43,023 bases of DNA from a candidate division WOR-3 bacterium (lineage in GTDB: Bacteria > Hydrothermota > Hydrothermia > LBFQ01 > DSFT01): NCBI GenBank assembly GCA_026986535.1, contig JALSOK010000066.1, positions 1 through 43,023 on the forward strand, written 5' to 3'. The position numbers were made by a program, and so were the translations under genes. Under the pieces are notes generated by a model. The model did no database searches, had not been told where the DNA came from, and saw nothing but the letters and a program-made list of their open reading frames with translations. Within the stretch, counting starts at the first letter, position 1. Every line of letters begins with the position of its first letter. This document shows, one piece after another, positions 18,166 through 28,635 of this stretch.

Positions 18166-18605
18166 CCGAGTAAATTACTGCAAAAAGTCAAACTTTTATT
18201 TTCCAGTCCTGTCCTCCTCTGCCTGGAAAACCCTGTACAGACTACTTATGAGAGGTAATCAGGACGGACCAGGAGAGATTCCTTCCAACAGGCAGTTGTA
18301 GTAAGGATTTAAATCATTATAAACCACCAATTTGTCTTCCACCCCGTCTCTTTTAGGCACGGGATTTTTCACCAGAAGATAAGCCGTATGAAACAGGTGT
18401 CAGCAGGATTATAAGGACCGGAACCCTCTTCAATAAATTCCTACTGAACCTTCCCATGACATCCATGCCCGGTAATGATTTTAAATGCCGTAGGGTTGAG
18501 GAGAGATAATGCATCGTCCTGGGGCGGTTCCCGGTAAGAATTTCGGTCCGGGAAACATAAATGTCTTTACTGCTCCTTTAAAATTTCTCAATAGGAGGAG
18601 TTACC

Positions 18606-20396
18606 ATGAAGAAGAACGACCTTACATTTCGGGTGGCTGGACGGGCTGGAGATGGAAGTTTAACGACGGGAGATGTCCTTTCCAAGATATGGAAGGACAT
18701 GGGCCTGTGGCTCGCCACTTATAAAGATTTTCCTTCCAACATAAGGGGCCTTCCCACAAATATGACCATAAGGCTGAAGGACCGCCAGATTTATTACGGA
18801 AGGAAGAACAAACTGGACTACCTTCTGGCATTCGATGACACCAATGTGAGGATACACCTGCACGACCTGGTCCCCGGCGGTGTGGTGATATACGACAATT
18901 CCGTGAAGAAGGAGCTCCCCCCCGAGCTCATAAGGGACGATATTTACTACTATTACGCTCCCCTCAAGAAGATTGCGAAAGAGGAACTGGGTCTGGAGGT
19001 CATAAAGAATATCGTGGCTGTCGGCGTTGCCTCCTACCTTCTGGGGATGGATCAGAAGAGGACAAGCGAAATCATCTATAAATTCTTCCATGCCCGCAAG
19101 GGAGAAAAGATTGCCAGCAGTAATGTGGAGGCATTCCTCAAGGGATGGAACTATGCGAAGGAGAACCTTCCCAAGAGAGATGAGTATGTGGTGGAGGAAA
19201 TCCCGGATGCAAAGAAGACCTACTTCATCATGGGCAATGAGGCTGTCGCCTTCGGTGCAATAGTGGCTGGATGCAGATTCATATCCAGCTACCCCATAAC
19301 CCCCGCCACCGATGTGCTGGAAATCCTGGCAAGGGAGCTTCCGAAATACGGCGGTGTAATGATACAGGCAGAGGATGAGCTGTCTGCCATCAACTACGCC
19401 GCGGGTGCCGCCTATGCCGGTGTCAGGGCGATGACATCCACCAGCGGACCCGGTCTGTCTCTGAAAACGGAAACCCTCGGTCTGCTGGTCATGAACGAAA
19501 CCCCGCTGGTCATATATGTGGCCCAGAGGGGCGGTCCCTCCACCGGACTGCCGACGAAACCGGAGCAGTCCGACCTGTTCCATGCTGTATTCGGCGGGCA
19601 CGGTGATGCCCCCAGAATCGTCATAGCACCGGGCAATGTGAAGGAAATGTACTGGCTCACCATAGATGCATTCAACCTCGCAGAGAAGTACCAGACTCCG
19701 GTCATCCTCCTTACGGACCAGATACTGGCCCAGAACAAGTTTTCCATCCCCGTGGAGGATATTACCATAGATGGAGTTAAAATCGAAAGGGGCAAGCTCC
19801 TCACTCAGGAGGAAATCAAAGCGATTGTCGAAAAGGAAGGGCAGTTCCTCAGATACAAAATTACCGAGGACGGTATCTCCCCCAGGAGCATCCCCGGTCA
19901 GGAAGGGGGCATATACACCGCCAACTCCAATGAACATCAGGAGGACGGTTATACCACAGAGGATCCGAAGATGAGGACCGCGATGATGGACAAGCGCCTG
20001 CGCAAGATATACAGTACCGCCCGTCAGAGCGGCGACCTTCCCGGGGACCTGATTCACGGATATGAGGATGCGGAAATCGGGATCATAGGCTATGGATACA
20101 CATACGGTCCCATAATGGAGGCCATAGAAAACCTCTCGGCCGAAGGGATAAAAGTGAAATTCCTCCAGATGAGGACCCTCTGGCCCGTGGATACGGAGGG
20201 GCTGAGCCACTTCATAGACTCCTCGCAGAAGGTTATAGTGGTGGACCACAATGCTCAGGCCCAGCTTTCCCATCTCATAAGGATGGTCTATGAGAACCAC
20301 GACAAACTGGAAGTTCTGAGGAAGTACGATGGATATGGGTTCACACCCGAAATCATAGAAAAGAAAGTAAAGGAGGTTCTGAGCTATGTCGGTTAA
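18606..20396 (+). CDS. korA: 2-oxoacid:ferredoxin oxidoreductase, alpha (gamma-alpha fused) subunit
   Basis: MGNEAVAFG, YPITPAT, QAEDE, TSGPGLSL, RGGPSTGLPTK; SD AGGAGG and TAAAAT at 18579-18584. Confidence 0.95.
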   Translation: MKKNDLTFRVAGRAGDGSLTTGDVLSKIWKDMGLWLATYKDFPSNIRGLPTNMTIRLKDRQIYYGRKNKLDYLLAFDDTNVRIHLHDLVPGGVVIYDNSVKKELPPELIRDDIYYYYAPLKKIAKEELGLEVIKNIVAVGVASYLLGMDQKRTSEIIYKFFHARKGEKIASSNVEAFLKGWNYAKENLPKRDEYVVEEIPDAKKTYFIMGNEAVAFGAIVAGCRFISSYPITPATDVLEILARELPKYGGVMIQAEDELSAINYAAGAAYAGVRAMTSTSGPGLSLKTETLGLLVMNETPLVIYVAQRGGPSTGLPTKPEQSDLFHAVFGGHGDAPRIVIAPGNVKEMYWLTIDAFNLAEKYQTPVILLTDQILAQNKFSIPVEDITIDGVKIERGKLLTQEEIKAIVEKEGQFLRYKITEDGISPRSIPGQEGGIYTANSNEHQEDGYTTEDPKMRTAMMDKRLRKIYSTARQSGDLPGDLIHGYEDAEIGIIGYGYTYGPIMEAIENLSAEGIKVKFLQMRTLWPVDTEGLSHFIDSSQKVIVVDHNAQAQLSHLIRMVYENHDKLEVLRKYDGYGFTPEIIEKKVKEVLSYVG

Positions 20397-21273
20397 TGTG
20401 AAGCTGAAGCCAACCGATTTCGATTCCCACTTCCCCACATGGTGTCCGGGGTGTGGGGATTATGCAGTTTTGATGGGCCTGAAGAGGGCCCTTGCGGAGC
20501 TGGGGATTCCACCCCACGAAGTGGTGGTGGTCTCCGGTATCGGCTGTTCCGGTAAGATTTCCGACTACATAAAGACATACGGGTACCACGGAATCCACGG
20601 AAGGGTCCTCCCCACCGCTCAGGCCGTGAAATTAGCCAATCCCAGATTGACCGTCATCGCCGCGGGAGGCGATGGAGATGGATACGCCATCGGCGGAAAC
20701 CACTTCCTGCACGCCAACAGGAGAAACATAGACATTACCTACATAGTCATGAACAACCAGATTTACGGTCTTACAAAGGGGCAGGCATCACCCACCAGTC
20801 TTCCCGGCCATAAGACGGGCACTTCCCCCTACGGTGTGGTGGATTACCCCATGAATCCCCTCATGGTGGCTCTGGCACAGGGAGCCACATTCGTCGCAAA
20901 AACCTTCTCCGGAAATGCCCCCCATCTGGTAAAAGTGTTCAAGGAGGCCATAAAGCACAGGGGATTCTCCTTCGTCGATGACATATCTCCGTGCGTCACC
21001 TGGAACAGGTTCAACACATACGACTGGTACAGGGAGCACATCGAATATGTGGACGAAAACAGGGATTACAATGTTCACGACCGCCTCGAAGCGATGGATA
21101 AGGTGAAGGAAGTTATGAGCCGTGGAAAGATTCCCGTTGGCATCATATATGTGGAAGAGGGAACAGAGCCCGGCGATGAGAAGTACAGGAAGCTGGCAGG
21201 CGGCATAGCCCCCATCGATGCCGACATATCCGTGAAGGAAGAATATCTGGAGTATCTCAAGCAGTTCGAATAG
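20386..21273 (+). CDS. korB: 2-oxoacid:ferredoxin oxidoreductase, beta subunit
   Basis: WCPGCG, SGIGCS, HGRVLP, GGDGD...NNQIYGLTKGQASPT, SPCVTWN. Confidence 0.96.
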   Translation: MSVNVKLKPTDFDSHFPTWCPGCGDYAVLMGLKRALAELGIPPHEVVVVSGIGCSGKISDYIKTYGYHGIHGRVLPTAQAVKLANPRLTVIAAGGDGDGYAIGGNHFLHANRRNIDITYIVMNNQIYGLTKGQASPTSLPGHKTGTSPYGVVDYPMNPLMVALAQGATFVAKTFSGNAPHLVKVFKEAIKHRGFSFVDDISPCVTWNRFNTYDWYREHIEYVDENRDYNVHDRLEAMDKVKEVMSRGKIPVGIIYVEEGTEPGDEKYRKLAGGIAPIDADISVKEEYLEYLKQFE

Positions 21274-21282
21274 AACATCCAT

Positions 21283-21299
21283 GGGCGGCTTCGCCGCCC
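21283..21299. terminator. Hairpin between convergent korB and uvrA
   Basis: GGGCGGC-ttc-GCCGCCC. Confidence 0.65.
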
Positions 21300-21313
21300 T
21301 CCTGCCCTGACCT

Positions 21314-24103
21314 TTACCCCGTCTTTTGAATCTCCAGCCTGTCCCTCAGGATTTCCCTCAGGTACCTACCCGTATGGGACTCCTCCACCATCGCCACATC
21401 CTCAGGGGTGCCCTCCGCCACTATGTATCCTCCCGCATCTCCCCCTTCGGGTCCCAGGTCTATGATCCAGTCGGCGGACTTTATTACATCCAGATTGTGC
21501 TCTATAACGATAACTGTATTCCCCCTGTCCACCAGCCTCCTGAGGACATTTATGAGCTTCCTGACATCCTCGAAGTGGAGACCGGTGGTGGGCTCATCCA
21601 GAATGTACACGGTTCTCCCGGTGGCTATCTTGTTGAGTTCCTTGGCCAGCTTTACCCTCTGGGCCTCTCCTCCCGACAGGGTGGTGGCGGGCTGTCCCAG
21701 TTTTATATAACCCAGGCCCACATCCCTCAGGAGCCTGAGCTTCCTCTCTATCCTGGGAATATCCCTGAAGAATTCGTACGCCTCATCCACGCTCATATCG
21801 AGAACTTCTGCAATATTCCTGCCCCTGTAGCGCACCTCAAGGGTTTCCCTGTTGTACCTCCTTCCCTTGCACACTTCACAGGGCACATAGATGTCCGGGA
21901 GGAAGTACATCTCCACCTTAATATAACCTTCCCCCTGACAGGCCTCGCACCGCCCTCCCGGCTTGTTGAAGGAGAATCGCCCCTTCGTGTATCCCCTTAT
22001 GCGGGCCTCTTCGGTCCGGGCGAACAGCTCCCTTATATCAGTGAATACCCCCGTGTATGTGGCGGGATTGGACCTCGGCGTCCTCCCTATGGGGGACTGA
22101 TCCACATTTATAACCTTGTCTATGTGCTCCAGGCCCAGTATGCGGTCATAGGGCAGGGGTTGAAGGCGGGATTTGTAAAAGTGCCTCTTGAGAGCCCTGT
22201 AGAGGGTATCTATTACCAGAGATGACTTCCCGCTTCCGGATACCCCGGTGAATACCACGAGGAGACCGAGGGGAATCCTCACGGTTAAGTTCTTCAGGTT
22301 GTTTCCCCTTGCCCCCTCCACTATGAGCCACTTCTCAGAAGGGGACTTCCGGATTTCGGGAATGGGAATCTCTTTTCTGCCGAACAGATACTGGGCGGTA
22401 AGGGACTCGGGGTATTCTTTCAGCTTCTCCACAGGCCCCTCCGCCACAATCCTTCCCCCATTATCCCCCGCCCCCGGTCCCAGGTCTATGACCCAGTCAG
22501 CCTGCCTTATGGTGTTCTCATCGTGCTCCACCACGATTACGGTATTTCCCTGATCCCTCAGCCTCTTGAGGGTATCTATGAGCCTCTGGGTGTCCCGCGG
22601 ATGGAGCCCTATGGAGGGCTCATCCAGAACATAGAGCACTCCGGTGAGGCCGGAGCCAATCTGGGTCGCAAGCCTTACCCTCTGCTCCTCTCCCCCCGAG
22701 AGACTTTCCACTGTCCTGTCCAGAGTCAGGTACCCCACCCCCACCTGCTTCAGGAACTGAAGCCTCTTTTTGATCTCCTTTATGATCTTCTCCGCTATGA
22801 GACGCTTCCCCTCCTCCTGAAAGTGCAGATTCTCGAAGAACTCGTACGCCTCATCCACGCTCATCCTGGTAATATCCCATATGCTCTTATCCGCCACCTT
22901 TACGCTGAGGACCTCCGGCTTGAGCCTGGAGCCCCCACATACCGGACACTGGACCTGAACCATGTACTTCTCGATCTCCTCCTTCACATAATCGGACTGG
23001 GTCTCTCTGTATCTCCTCCACAGATAATTGATGACCCCCTCCCAGTACACATAGTTGTCGTACCCGTAGAGCACCGCATCCCTGAAATCCGCGGGCAACT
23101 GCTTCCAGGGCTTATTTATATCCACTCCAAACTCCCTCGCCAGCATCTCGAGCATCTCCCTGACCCTGAACCCGGGTTCCCCCAGGGGCAGGATCGCTCC
23201 TTCCAGTATAGAAAGCTCCTCGCTTATAAGCAGTGCGGGCTCTATTTCCAGCTTAAAGCCCAGACCGTGGCACTCGGGACACGCCCCGTAGGGGCTGTTG
23301 AAGGAAAAGAGTCTCGGCTCCAGTTCAGGCATGGAGAATCCACATACGGGACATGCGAGATTCTGGGAGAACAGGAACTCCTTCCCATCCCTGGTAAGGA
23401 CCTTTACGAGCCCTTCGGTCTCCTTCAATGCCAGTTCGATGCTCTCCGAAAGCCTCTGCCTTATATCCTCGCGGATTACAAGCCTGTCTATGACGATGTC
23501 TATATCGTGCTTCTTATTCTTGTCCAGGGAAGGTACCTCTTCGAAGGTGTAGAGGATTCCATCTATCATTACCCGGTTGTACTTTCTGCTGTACTTCTCC
23601 AGGAGCCTCCTGAATTCCCCCTTCTTCCCCCTTATTACCGGAGCCAGTATCGTAATCTTCTGCCCCTCTCCGAGGGCCATGATCCGGTCCACGATTTCAT
23701 CCACACTCCACTTCCTCAGGGGGGTGCCATCGTGGGGGCAGTATGGGGTTCCAACCCGGGCGAACAGAAGCCTGAGATAATCGTATATCTCCGTGGTGGT
23801 GGCCACTATGGACCTGGGATTCTTCTGAATCTTCCTCTGGTCTATGGCTATTGCGGGGGAAAGGCCCTCTATGGAGTCCACATCAGGCTTCTCCATTATT
23901 CCGAGGAACTGCCTTGCATAGGAGGAAAGGCTCTCCACATATCTCCTCTGCCCCTCCGCGTATATGGTATCGAATGCAAGGGAAGATTTCCCGCTTCCCG
24001 AGACGCCGGTTATCACAACGAATCGATTGCGCGGAATCTTCACATCTATATTCTTCAGGTTGTGCTGTCTGGCTCCCCTTACGATTATGTATTCCCTTTC
24101 CAT
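21314..24103 (-). CDS. uvrA: Excinuclease ABC subunit A
   Basis: GARQHNLKN, two GVSGSGKSS Walker A motifs, two LSGGE signatures, zinc fingers. Confidence 0.99.
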   Translation of the reverse strand: MEREYIIVRGARQHNLKNIDVKIPRNRFVVITGVSGSGKSSLAFDTIYAEGQRRYVESLSSYARQFLGIMEKPDVDSIEGLSPAIAIDQRKIQKNPRSIVATTTEIYDYLRLLFARVGTPYCPHDGTPLRKWSVDEIVDRIMALGEGQKITILAPVIRGKKGEFRRLLEKYSRKYNRVMIDGILYTFEEVPSLDKNKKHDIDIVIDRLVIREDIRQRLSESIELALKETEGLVKVLTRDGKEFLFSQNLACPVCGFSMPELEPRLFSFNSPYGACPECHGLGFKLEIEPALLISEELSILEGAILPLGEPGFRVREMLEMLAREFGVDINKPWKQLPADFRDAVLYGYDNYVYWEGVINYLWRRYRETQSDYVKEEIEKYMVQVQCPVCGGSRLKPEVLSVKVADKSIWDITRMSVDEAYEFFENLHFQEEGKRLIAEKIIKEIKKRLQFLKQVGVGYLTLDRTVESLSGGEEQRVRLATQIGSGLTGVLYVLDEPSIGLHPRDTQRLIDTLKRLRDQGNTVIVVEHDENTIRQADWVIDLGPGAGDNGGRIVAEGPVEKLKEYPESLTAQYLFGRKEIPIPEIRKSPSEKWLIVEGARGNNLKNLTVRIPLGLLVVFTGVSGSGKSSLVIDTLYRALKRHFYKSRLQPLPYDRILGLEHIDKVINVDQSPIGRTPRSNPATYTGVFTDIRELFARTEEARIRGYTKGRFSFNKPGGRCEACQGEGYIKVEMYFLPDIYVPCEVCKGRRYNRETLEVRYRGRNIAEVLDMSVDEAYEFFRDIPRIERKLRLLRDVGLGYIKLGQPATTLSGGEAQRVKLAKELNKIATGRTVYILDEPTTGLHFEDVRKLINVLRRLVDRGNTVIVIEHNLDVIKSADWIIDLGPEGGDAGGYIVAEGTPEDVAMVEESHTGRYLREILRDRLEIQKTG

Positions 24104-24147
24104 GTCCTTCCCCTCAATGGCATGAAATTTTATAGTTTTGGTCGATG

Positions 24148-24166
24148 GGCGGGGAAGAGCCCCGCC
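24148..24166 (-). terminator. Hairpin after hppA, upstream of the uvrA -10 box (24127-24132)
   Basis: GGCGGGG-aagag-CCCCGCC on the + strand. Confidence 0.55.
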
Positions 24167-24173
24167 ATTACAG

Positions 24174-26264
24174 TCAGAAGCTGAAAATCTTCGAGAAGAT
24201 GTTGTAATAGAGGAAGTACATCAGAGGGATAAAGACCAGGGATACGATGGACATCATCTTCAGCAATATGTTCAGGGATGGACCGGCCGTGTCCTTGAAG
24301 GGATCTCCCACGGTATCGCCCTCAACCGTGGCCTTGTGGGTTGCAGAACCCCTACCGCCGAATTCTCCGGTCTGCTCTATGAACTTCTTTGCGTTATCCC
24401 ATGCCGCACCGGCATTGTTCATGAACAGGGCCAGGGGTATCCCTGAAACCATGGCGCCCACCAGGAAACCACCAAGAGCCTCCAGACCCAGAATCGAACC
24501 GACCAGCAGGGGGGAGAGGAAGGCCACGAGTCCCGGCTTCGCCATATTCTTTATAGCGCCGGCGGTAGTAATATCGACAACCCTTGCATAATCGGGTCTG
24601 TCTATGCCCTCCATGATCTTCTTTTCCTTCCACTGGCGTCTGACCTCTTCCACGACGAGCTGTGCGGTCCTGCCCACTGCCCTTATGGCTTCCGAGGAGA
24701 AGTAAAAGGGCACTATCGCCCCGATCAGAGCCGCGGCTATGATATGGGGCTCCAGGAGGGTGGGAAGGAAGTCCGCCACGAATTTGGCCTTAACCACATC
24801 CGTATAAGCGGAAAAGACAGCCATCACCGTGAATATTGCAGATCCTATGGCAAATCCCTTACCTATCGCAGCCGTGGTATTTCCTGCGGCATCCAGGGTG
24901 TCGGTAATCCTCCTCACCTCGCTTCCGAGACCCGTCATCTCCACAATTCCACCGGCATTGTCAGCGATGGGGCCGAAGGCATCCACCGTCACTGTAATAC
25001 CGGCTATCGCCAGCATACCTATACAGGCTATCGCCACACCGTACCAGCCGTTGTAGGGAGTCAGCTCTCCCAGCTTGAAGGCCACCACGAAAGCGATGGA
25101 GACCGCAATCGCAGGTATCACCGAGCTCCTCATTCCCAGGGCTATACCCTCTATTATGTTAACGGCAACACCCGAGCGGGAGGCCTTCGCCAGCTCCTCT
25201 ATCCGCTTTCCGGTGGAGTAATATTCCGCCATATACCCGATGAGGATTCCGGATACCAGGCCGAACAGGAGGGGCCAGAAAAGGGTGAGATCCCCGTAGA
25301 TGTAAAGGGTGATTAGGGCACCCAGGATTGCGAACACCACGCCCACGGCGAAAACGGTGTTCATGAGGATCCTCTCGGGGCGCATGTTCTTGAACAGTGG
25401 GATGAAGAAATAACCGAGAATGGAAGAGAGGGTTCCGAGAGCCCCCAGCACGAACGCATAGGCAACCCCTTTGAGGGCTATATCGGGATTGCTGTTAAGG
25501 GAGGCTATGACCACCGCGGCGACGGTACCGGCCACATAGGAATCGTACAGGTCAGCACCCATTCCTGCAGTATCCCCCACATTGTCCCCCACATTGTCCG
25601 CTATTACCGCAGGATTGCGGGGATCGTCTTCGGGAATGCCCGCCTCCACTTTACCCACCAGGTCTGCACCCACATCGGCGGCCTTCGTATAGATTCCTCC
25701 GCCCACCCTCGCGAAGAGGGCCACGAAAGCGGCTCCCATGGAAAAGCCCGTTATCACATTGGCGGCCAGTTTGAGATTACCGGTCAGGTAATAGAACAGG
25801 AGGAAAAGACCTGTCATTCCCATAAGGGCCAGACTTGCCACACCCAGGCCCATTACGGAACCGCCCTTGTATGCCACCTTGAATGCTTCTAAAAGCCCCT
25901 TTTCCTTTGCAGCAGCGGCAGTCCTTGCGTTGGAGCTTGTTGCAGTATCCATTCCTATCCATCCCGCCAGAAGGGAGAAGGAAGCGCCTATTACGAATGC
26001 AACTGCTGAATACAGAACATAGTCCAGACCCTCGTATGAAAGTCCGAATATGATCAGGAGTATGACCAGGATGGAGAGGTAAGCGATCGTCCTGTATTCC
26101 CTTATGAGAAAAGCCCTGGCACCCTCTCTGATGTAAGAGGAAATCCGGGCCATATCCTCCGTGCCCTGGCTGAGTTTCAAAACGCTCGTCCTGAACCACA
26201 GGGCACTTATCAGGGTTATCACTCCTGCCAGAAACGAGAACCCGATAATTCCTATCATGCTCAT
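24174..26264 (-). CDS. hppA: Membrane-integral ion-pumping pyrophosphatase, K+-dependent signature
   Basis: [61 protein letters not shown]. Confidence 0.97.
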   Translation of the reverse strand: MSMIGIIGFSFLAGVITLISALWFRTSVLKLSQGTEDMARISSYIREGARAFLIREYRTIAYLSILVILLIIFGLSYEGLDYVLYSAVAFVIGASFSLLAGWIGMDTATSSNARTAAAAKEKGLLEAFKVAYKGGSVMGLGVASLALMGMTGLFLLFYYLTGNLKLAANVITGFSMGAAFVALFARVGGGIYTKAADVGADLVGKVEAGIPEDDPRNPAVIADNVGDNVGDTAGMGADLYDSYVAGTVAAVVIASLNSNPDIALKGVAYAFVLGALGTLSSILGYFFIPLFKNMRPERILMNTVFAVGVVFAILGALITLYIYGDLTLFWPLLFGLVSGILIGYMAEYYSTGKRIEELAKASRSGVAVNIIEGIALGMRSSVIPAIAVSIAFVVAFKLGELTPYNGWYGVAIACIGMLAIAGITVTVDAFGPIADNAGGIVEMTGLGSEVRRITDTLDAAGNTTAAIGKGFAIGSAIFTVMAVFSAYTDVVKAKFVADFLPTLLEPHIIAAALIGAIVPFYFSSEAIRAVGRTAQLVVEEVRRQWKEKKIMEGIDRPDYARVVDITTAGAIKNMAKPGLVAFLSPLLVGSILGLEALGGFLVGAMVSGIPLALFMNNAGAAWDNAKKFIEQTGEFGGRGSATHKATVEGDTVGDPFKDTAGPSLNILLKMMSIVSLVFIPLMYFLYYNIFSKIFSF

Positions 26265-26830
26265 ACCTCCACCCCCTTTATGGTGTTGATCTTCTCAAGG
26301 GCCCGGTCCACGAGCCCCCTGTCGTACAGTATCAGACCCTCCAGTATTCCCGGAAAAACCCTTTCCCTCAGCACTGCAAGTTCCTCTTCGGAGAAATCCG
26401 AGAGGACCCATGCCGAAAGGGGAACCCCCTCCGGGGGTCTCCCTACACCGATTCGAACCCGGGGGAATTCCTGAGTTTCCAGGTGATATACGATGGACTT
26501 CATCCCATTGTGCGTCCCCGCAGAGCCCTTCAACCTGAATCTAACGCTCCCGAATGGGAGGTCCACATCATCGTATATTATAATCAGTTTATCCAGCGGC
26601 ACCTTGAAGTGCCGGACTATTTCCTTTACCGCCCACCCGGACAGATTCATATAGGTAAGCGGTTTGAACATGTGGAAATATTTGCACGGGGAGTGGGCGT
26701 ACTCCCCCATGCCAGCCGAAAACGAACAGCCCCACTCCTGCGCCACCCAATCCAGGAATAACCACCCCACATTGTGCCTGTTGAATCTATACCTGTCCCC
26801 TTTATTGCCAAGGCCCACGATGTAGAGCAA
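26261..26830 (-). CDS. pth: Peptidyl-tRNA hydrolase
   Basis: IVGLGN, RHNVG, KPLTYMNLSG, GTHNGMKS; TTG start. Confidence 0.96.
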   Translation of the reverse strand: MLYIVGLGNKGDRYRFNRHNVGWLFLDWVAQEWGCSFSAGMGEYAHSPCKYFHMFKPLTYMNLSGWAVKEIVRHFKVPLDKLIIIYDDVDLPFGSVRFRLKGSAGTHNGMKSIVYHLETQEFPRVRIGVGRPPEGVPLSAWVLSDFSEEELAVLRERVFPGILEGLILYDRGLVDRALEKINTIKGVEV

Positions 26831-26833
26831 TTG

Positions 26834-27469
26834 TTATTGCTCTCCTTCGGAAGATGCAGTCCCTTCCGCTTCCTCACCCTCTTCCGCAGTTTCCTCAACC
26901 ACTTCTTCCTCGGTCCTCGGAGCCACGATACTCAGGATCACCTCATCGTCATCGTGCTCGAATTCCACCCCTTCTATCTTTATATCACCCACATGGACCA
27001 CATCCCCGATGTCCAGGCGGGAAACATCTATTTCTATGGTTCCGGGAACAGCCATAGGAAGTGCCCATACAGTGAGCTCGTGGAGCTGTATATCGAGGAT
27101 ACCGCCCTTCTTGAGCCCCGGCGATTCCTCCTGACCCACGACGACTACCGGAACAGTCACCTCCACCTTCTCGCCCTCGTGGACTATGTGGAAATCCACA
27201 TGGATAATGAATCCCTTCACTTTATCCCTCTGAATATCCTGTATGAAGGCCAGCTTCCTCTCCCCATCGAAATTCAGCTCTATGAGAACAGTCTCTCCGT
27301 GGGACTCCCTTATGACATCTTCCACATCCTTCCTCTTAACCAGCAGGTGATAGTTCTTTTCTCCTGCTCCGTAAGCTTCTGCGGGCACGAGGCCTTCCTT
27401 CCTGTATTTCTTTGCGGCTTCCTTGCCCAGCTTTTCCCTCAACCTGGCATCCATCTTGAATACCTGCAT
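26834..27469 (-). CDS. rplY: 50S ribosomal protein L25/Ctc
   Basis: GLVPAEAYG, HVDF, GLKKGG, acidic tail; prs-rplY-pth synteny. Confidence 0.96.
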   Translation of the reverse strand: MQVFKMDARLREKLGKEAAKKYRKEGLVPAEAYGAGEKNYHLLVKRKDVEDVIRESHGETVLIELNFDGERKLAFIQDIQRDKVKGFIIHVDFHIVHEGEKVEVTVPVVVVGQEESPGLKKGGILDIQLHELTVWALPMAVPGTIEIDVSRLDIGDVVHVGDIKIEGVEFEHDDDEVILSIVAPRTEEEVVEETAEEGEEAEGTASSEGEQ

Positions 27470-27514
27470 AGAACCCTCTCCTTTTTTCCTTTAATTTGAC
27501 GAAAATTTTACTGG

Positions 27515-28471
27515 CTACAGGAACAGAACGCTCAGGGATTCGGAATAATGTATCCTTCTGATGGCCTCACCCATGAGACCCGCTATGGAAATCTTGCGGG
27601 CCTTTGCCGGGAGCCTATCCTCGTTCCCCTCTATCGTATCCGTTATCACTATCTCGTTAATCGGTGCATCATCCAGGATTTCCCGGGCCCTGCCGGAGAA
27701 GATGCCGTGGGTAATGAGCACATAGATTTCCGTGGCCCCCTTCTCCTTGAGGGCTATGGATGCGCTCCTGACACTGTTACCCGTATCGATTATATCGTCC
27801 ACGATTATGGCAACCTTACCCTCCACCTCCCCTATGACATTCATTACTTCAGCCACATTGGGCCTGGGCCGCCTCTTATCGATCAGGGCAATGGGCAGGT
27901 CCCCCAGCTTCCTTGCGAAGAGCCTTGCCCTGCGCGTTCCCCCCGCATCCGGGGAAACCACGACGAAATCATTCCGATTGATGTCGGGAAACTTCTTCTG
28001 TATGTACTCCTTGAACACCGGAATCGCATACAGGTTGTCCACGGGGATATCGAAGAATCCCTGAATCTGGTCCGCATGGAGGTCAACGGTGAGGACCCTG
28101 CTCGCTCCAACCGTCTGAAGAAGGTTGGCCATCACCTTCGCACTTATGGGGACACGGGGAGCGTCTTTTCTGTCCTGACGGGCATATCCGAAGTAGGGAA
28201 TGACAGCGGCAATACTCCTCGCAGATGCCCTCTTCGCAGCATCTATGAGAAGCAGAAGCTCCATTATGTTGTCTCCGGGGGGATTGGTGGACTGGATTAT
28301 GTACACATTGTCGCCCCTTATATTTTCCCTGATCTGAACCCTTATTTCCCCATCGGAAAAGCGGCCCACATATGTGTCCACAGGTTCCACATCCAGATAA
28401 TGGGATATCTTCTCGAGCAGTTGCATGGAAGCTGACCCGGAGAGAATCCTGATCCTGTTGTCTTTGCCCAT
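27515..28471 (-). CDS. prs: Ribose-phosphate pyrophosphokinase
   Basis: FSDGE, PYFGYARQDRK, DLHADQIQGFF, VSPDAGG, DDIIDTG. Confidence 0.99.
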   Translation of the reverse strand: MGKDNRIRILSGSASMQLLEKISHYLDVEPVDTYVGRFSDGEIRVQIRENIRGDNVYIIQSTNPPGDNIMELLLLIDAAKRASARSIAAVIPYFGYARQDRKDAPRVPISAKVMANLLQTVGASRVLTVDLHADQIQGFFDIPVDNLYAIPVFKEYIQKKFPDINRNDFVVVSPDAGGTRRARLFARKLGDLPIALIDKRRPRPNVAEVMNVIGEVEGKVAIIVDDIIDTGNSVRSASIALKEKGATEIYVLITHGIFSGRAREILDDAPINEIVITDTIEGNEDRLPAKARKISIAGLMGEAIRRIHYSESLSVLFL

Positions 28472-28503
28472 TGTTCCAGCCCGATTTTACTGCATAAAAT
28501 AAG

Positions 28504-28576
28504 TGGAGCGGAGGGGAGTCGAACCCCTGACCTCCTGGGTGCAAACCAGGCGCTCTCCCACCTGAGCTACCGCCCC
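28504..28576 (-). tRNA. tRNA-Ala (TGC), CCA not encoded
   Basis: GGGGCGG acceptor with G3:U70, CCTGG-TTTGCAC-CCAGG, GTTCGAC; TAAAAT at 28589-28594. Confidence 0.96.
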
Positions 28577-28635
28577 GGAAGGAACCAAATTTTAAAGGAT
28601 ATCGGCTGAATTTAATTTCCAGAGAGCATGCCTGT

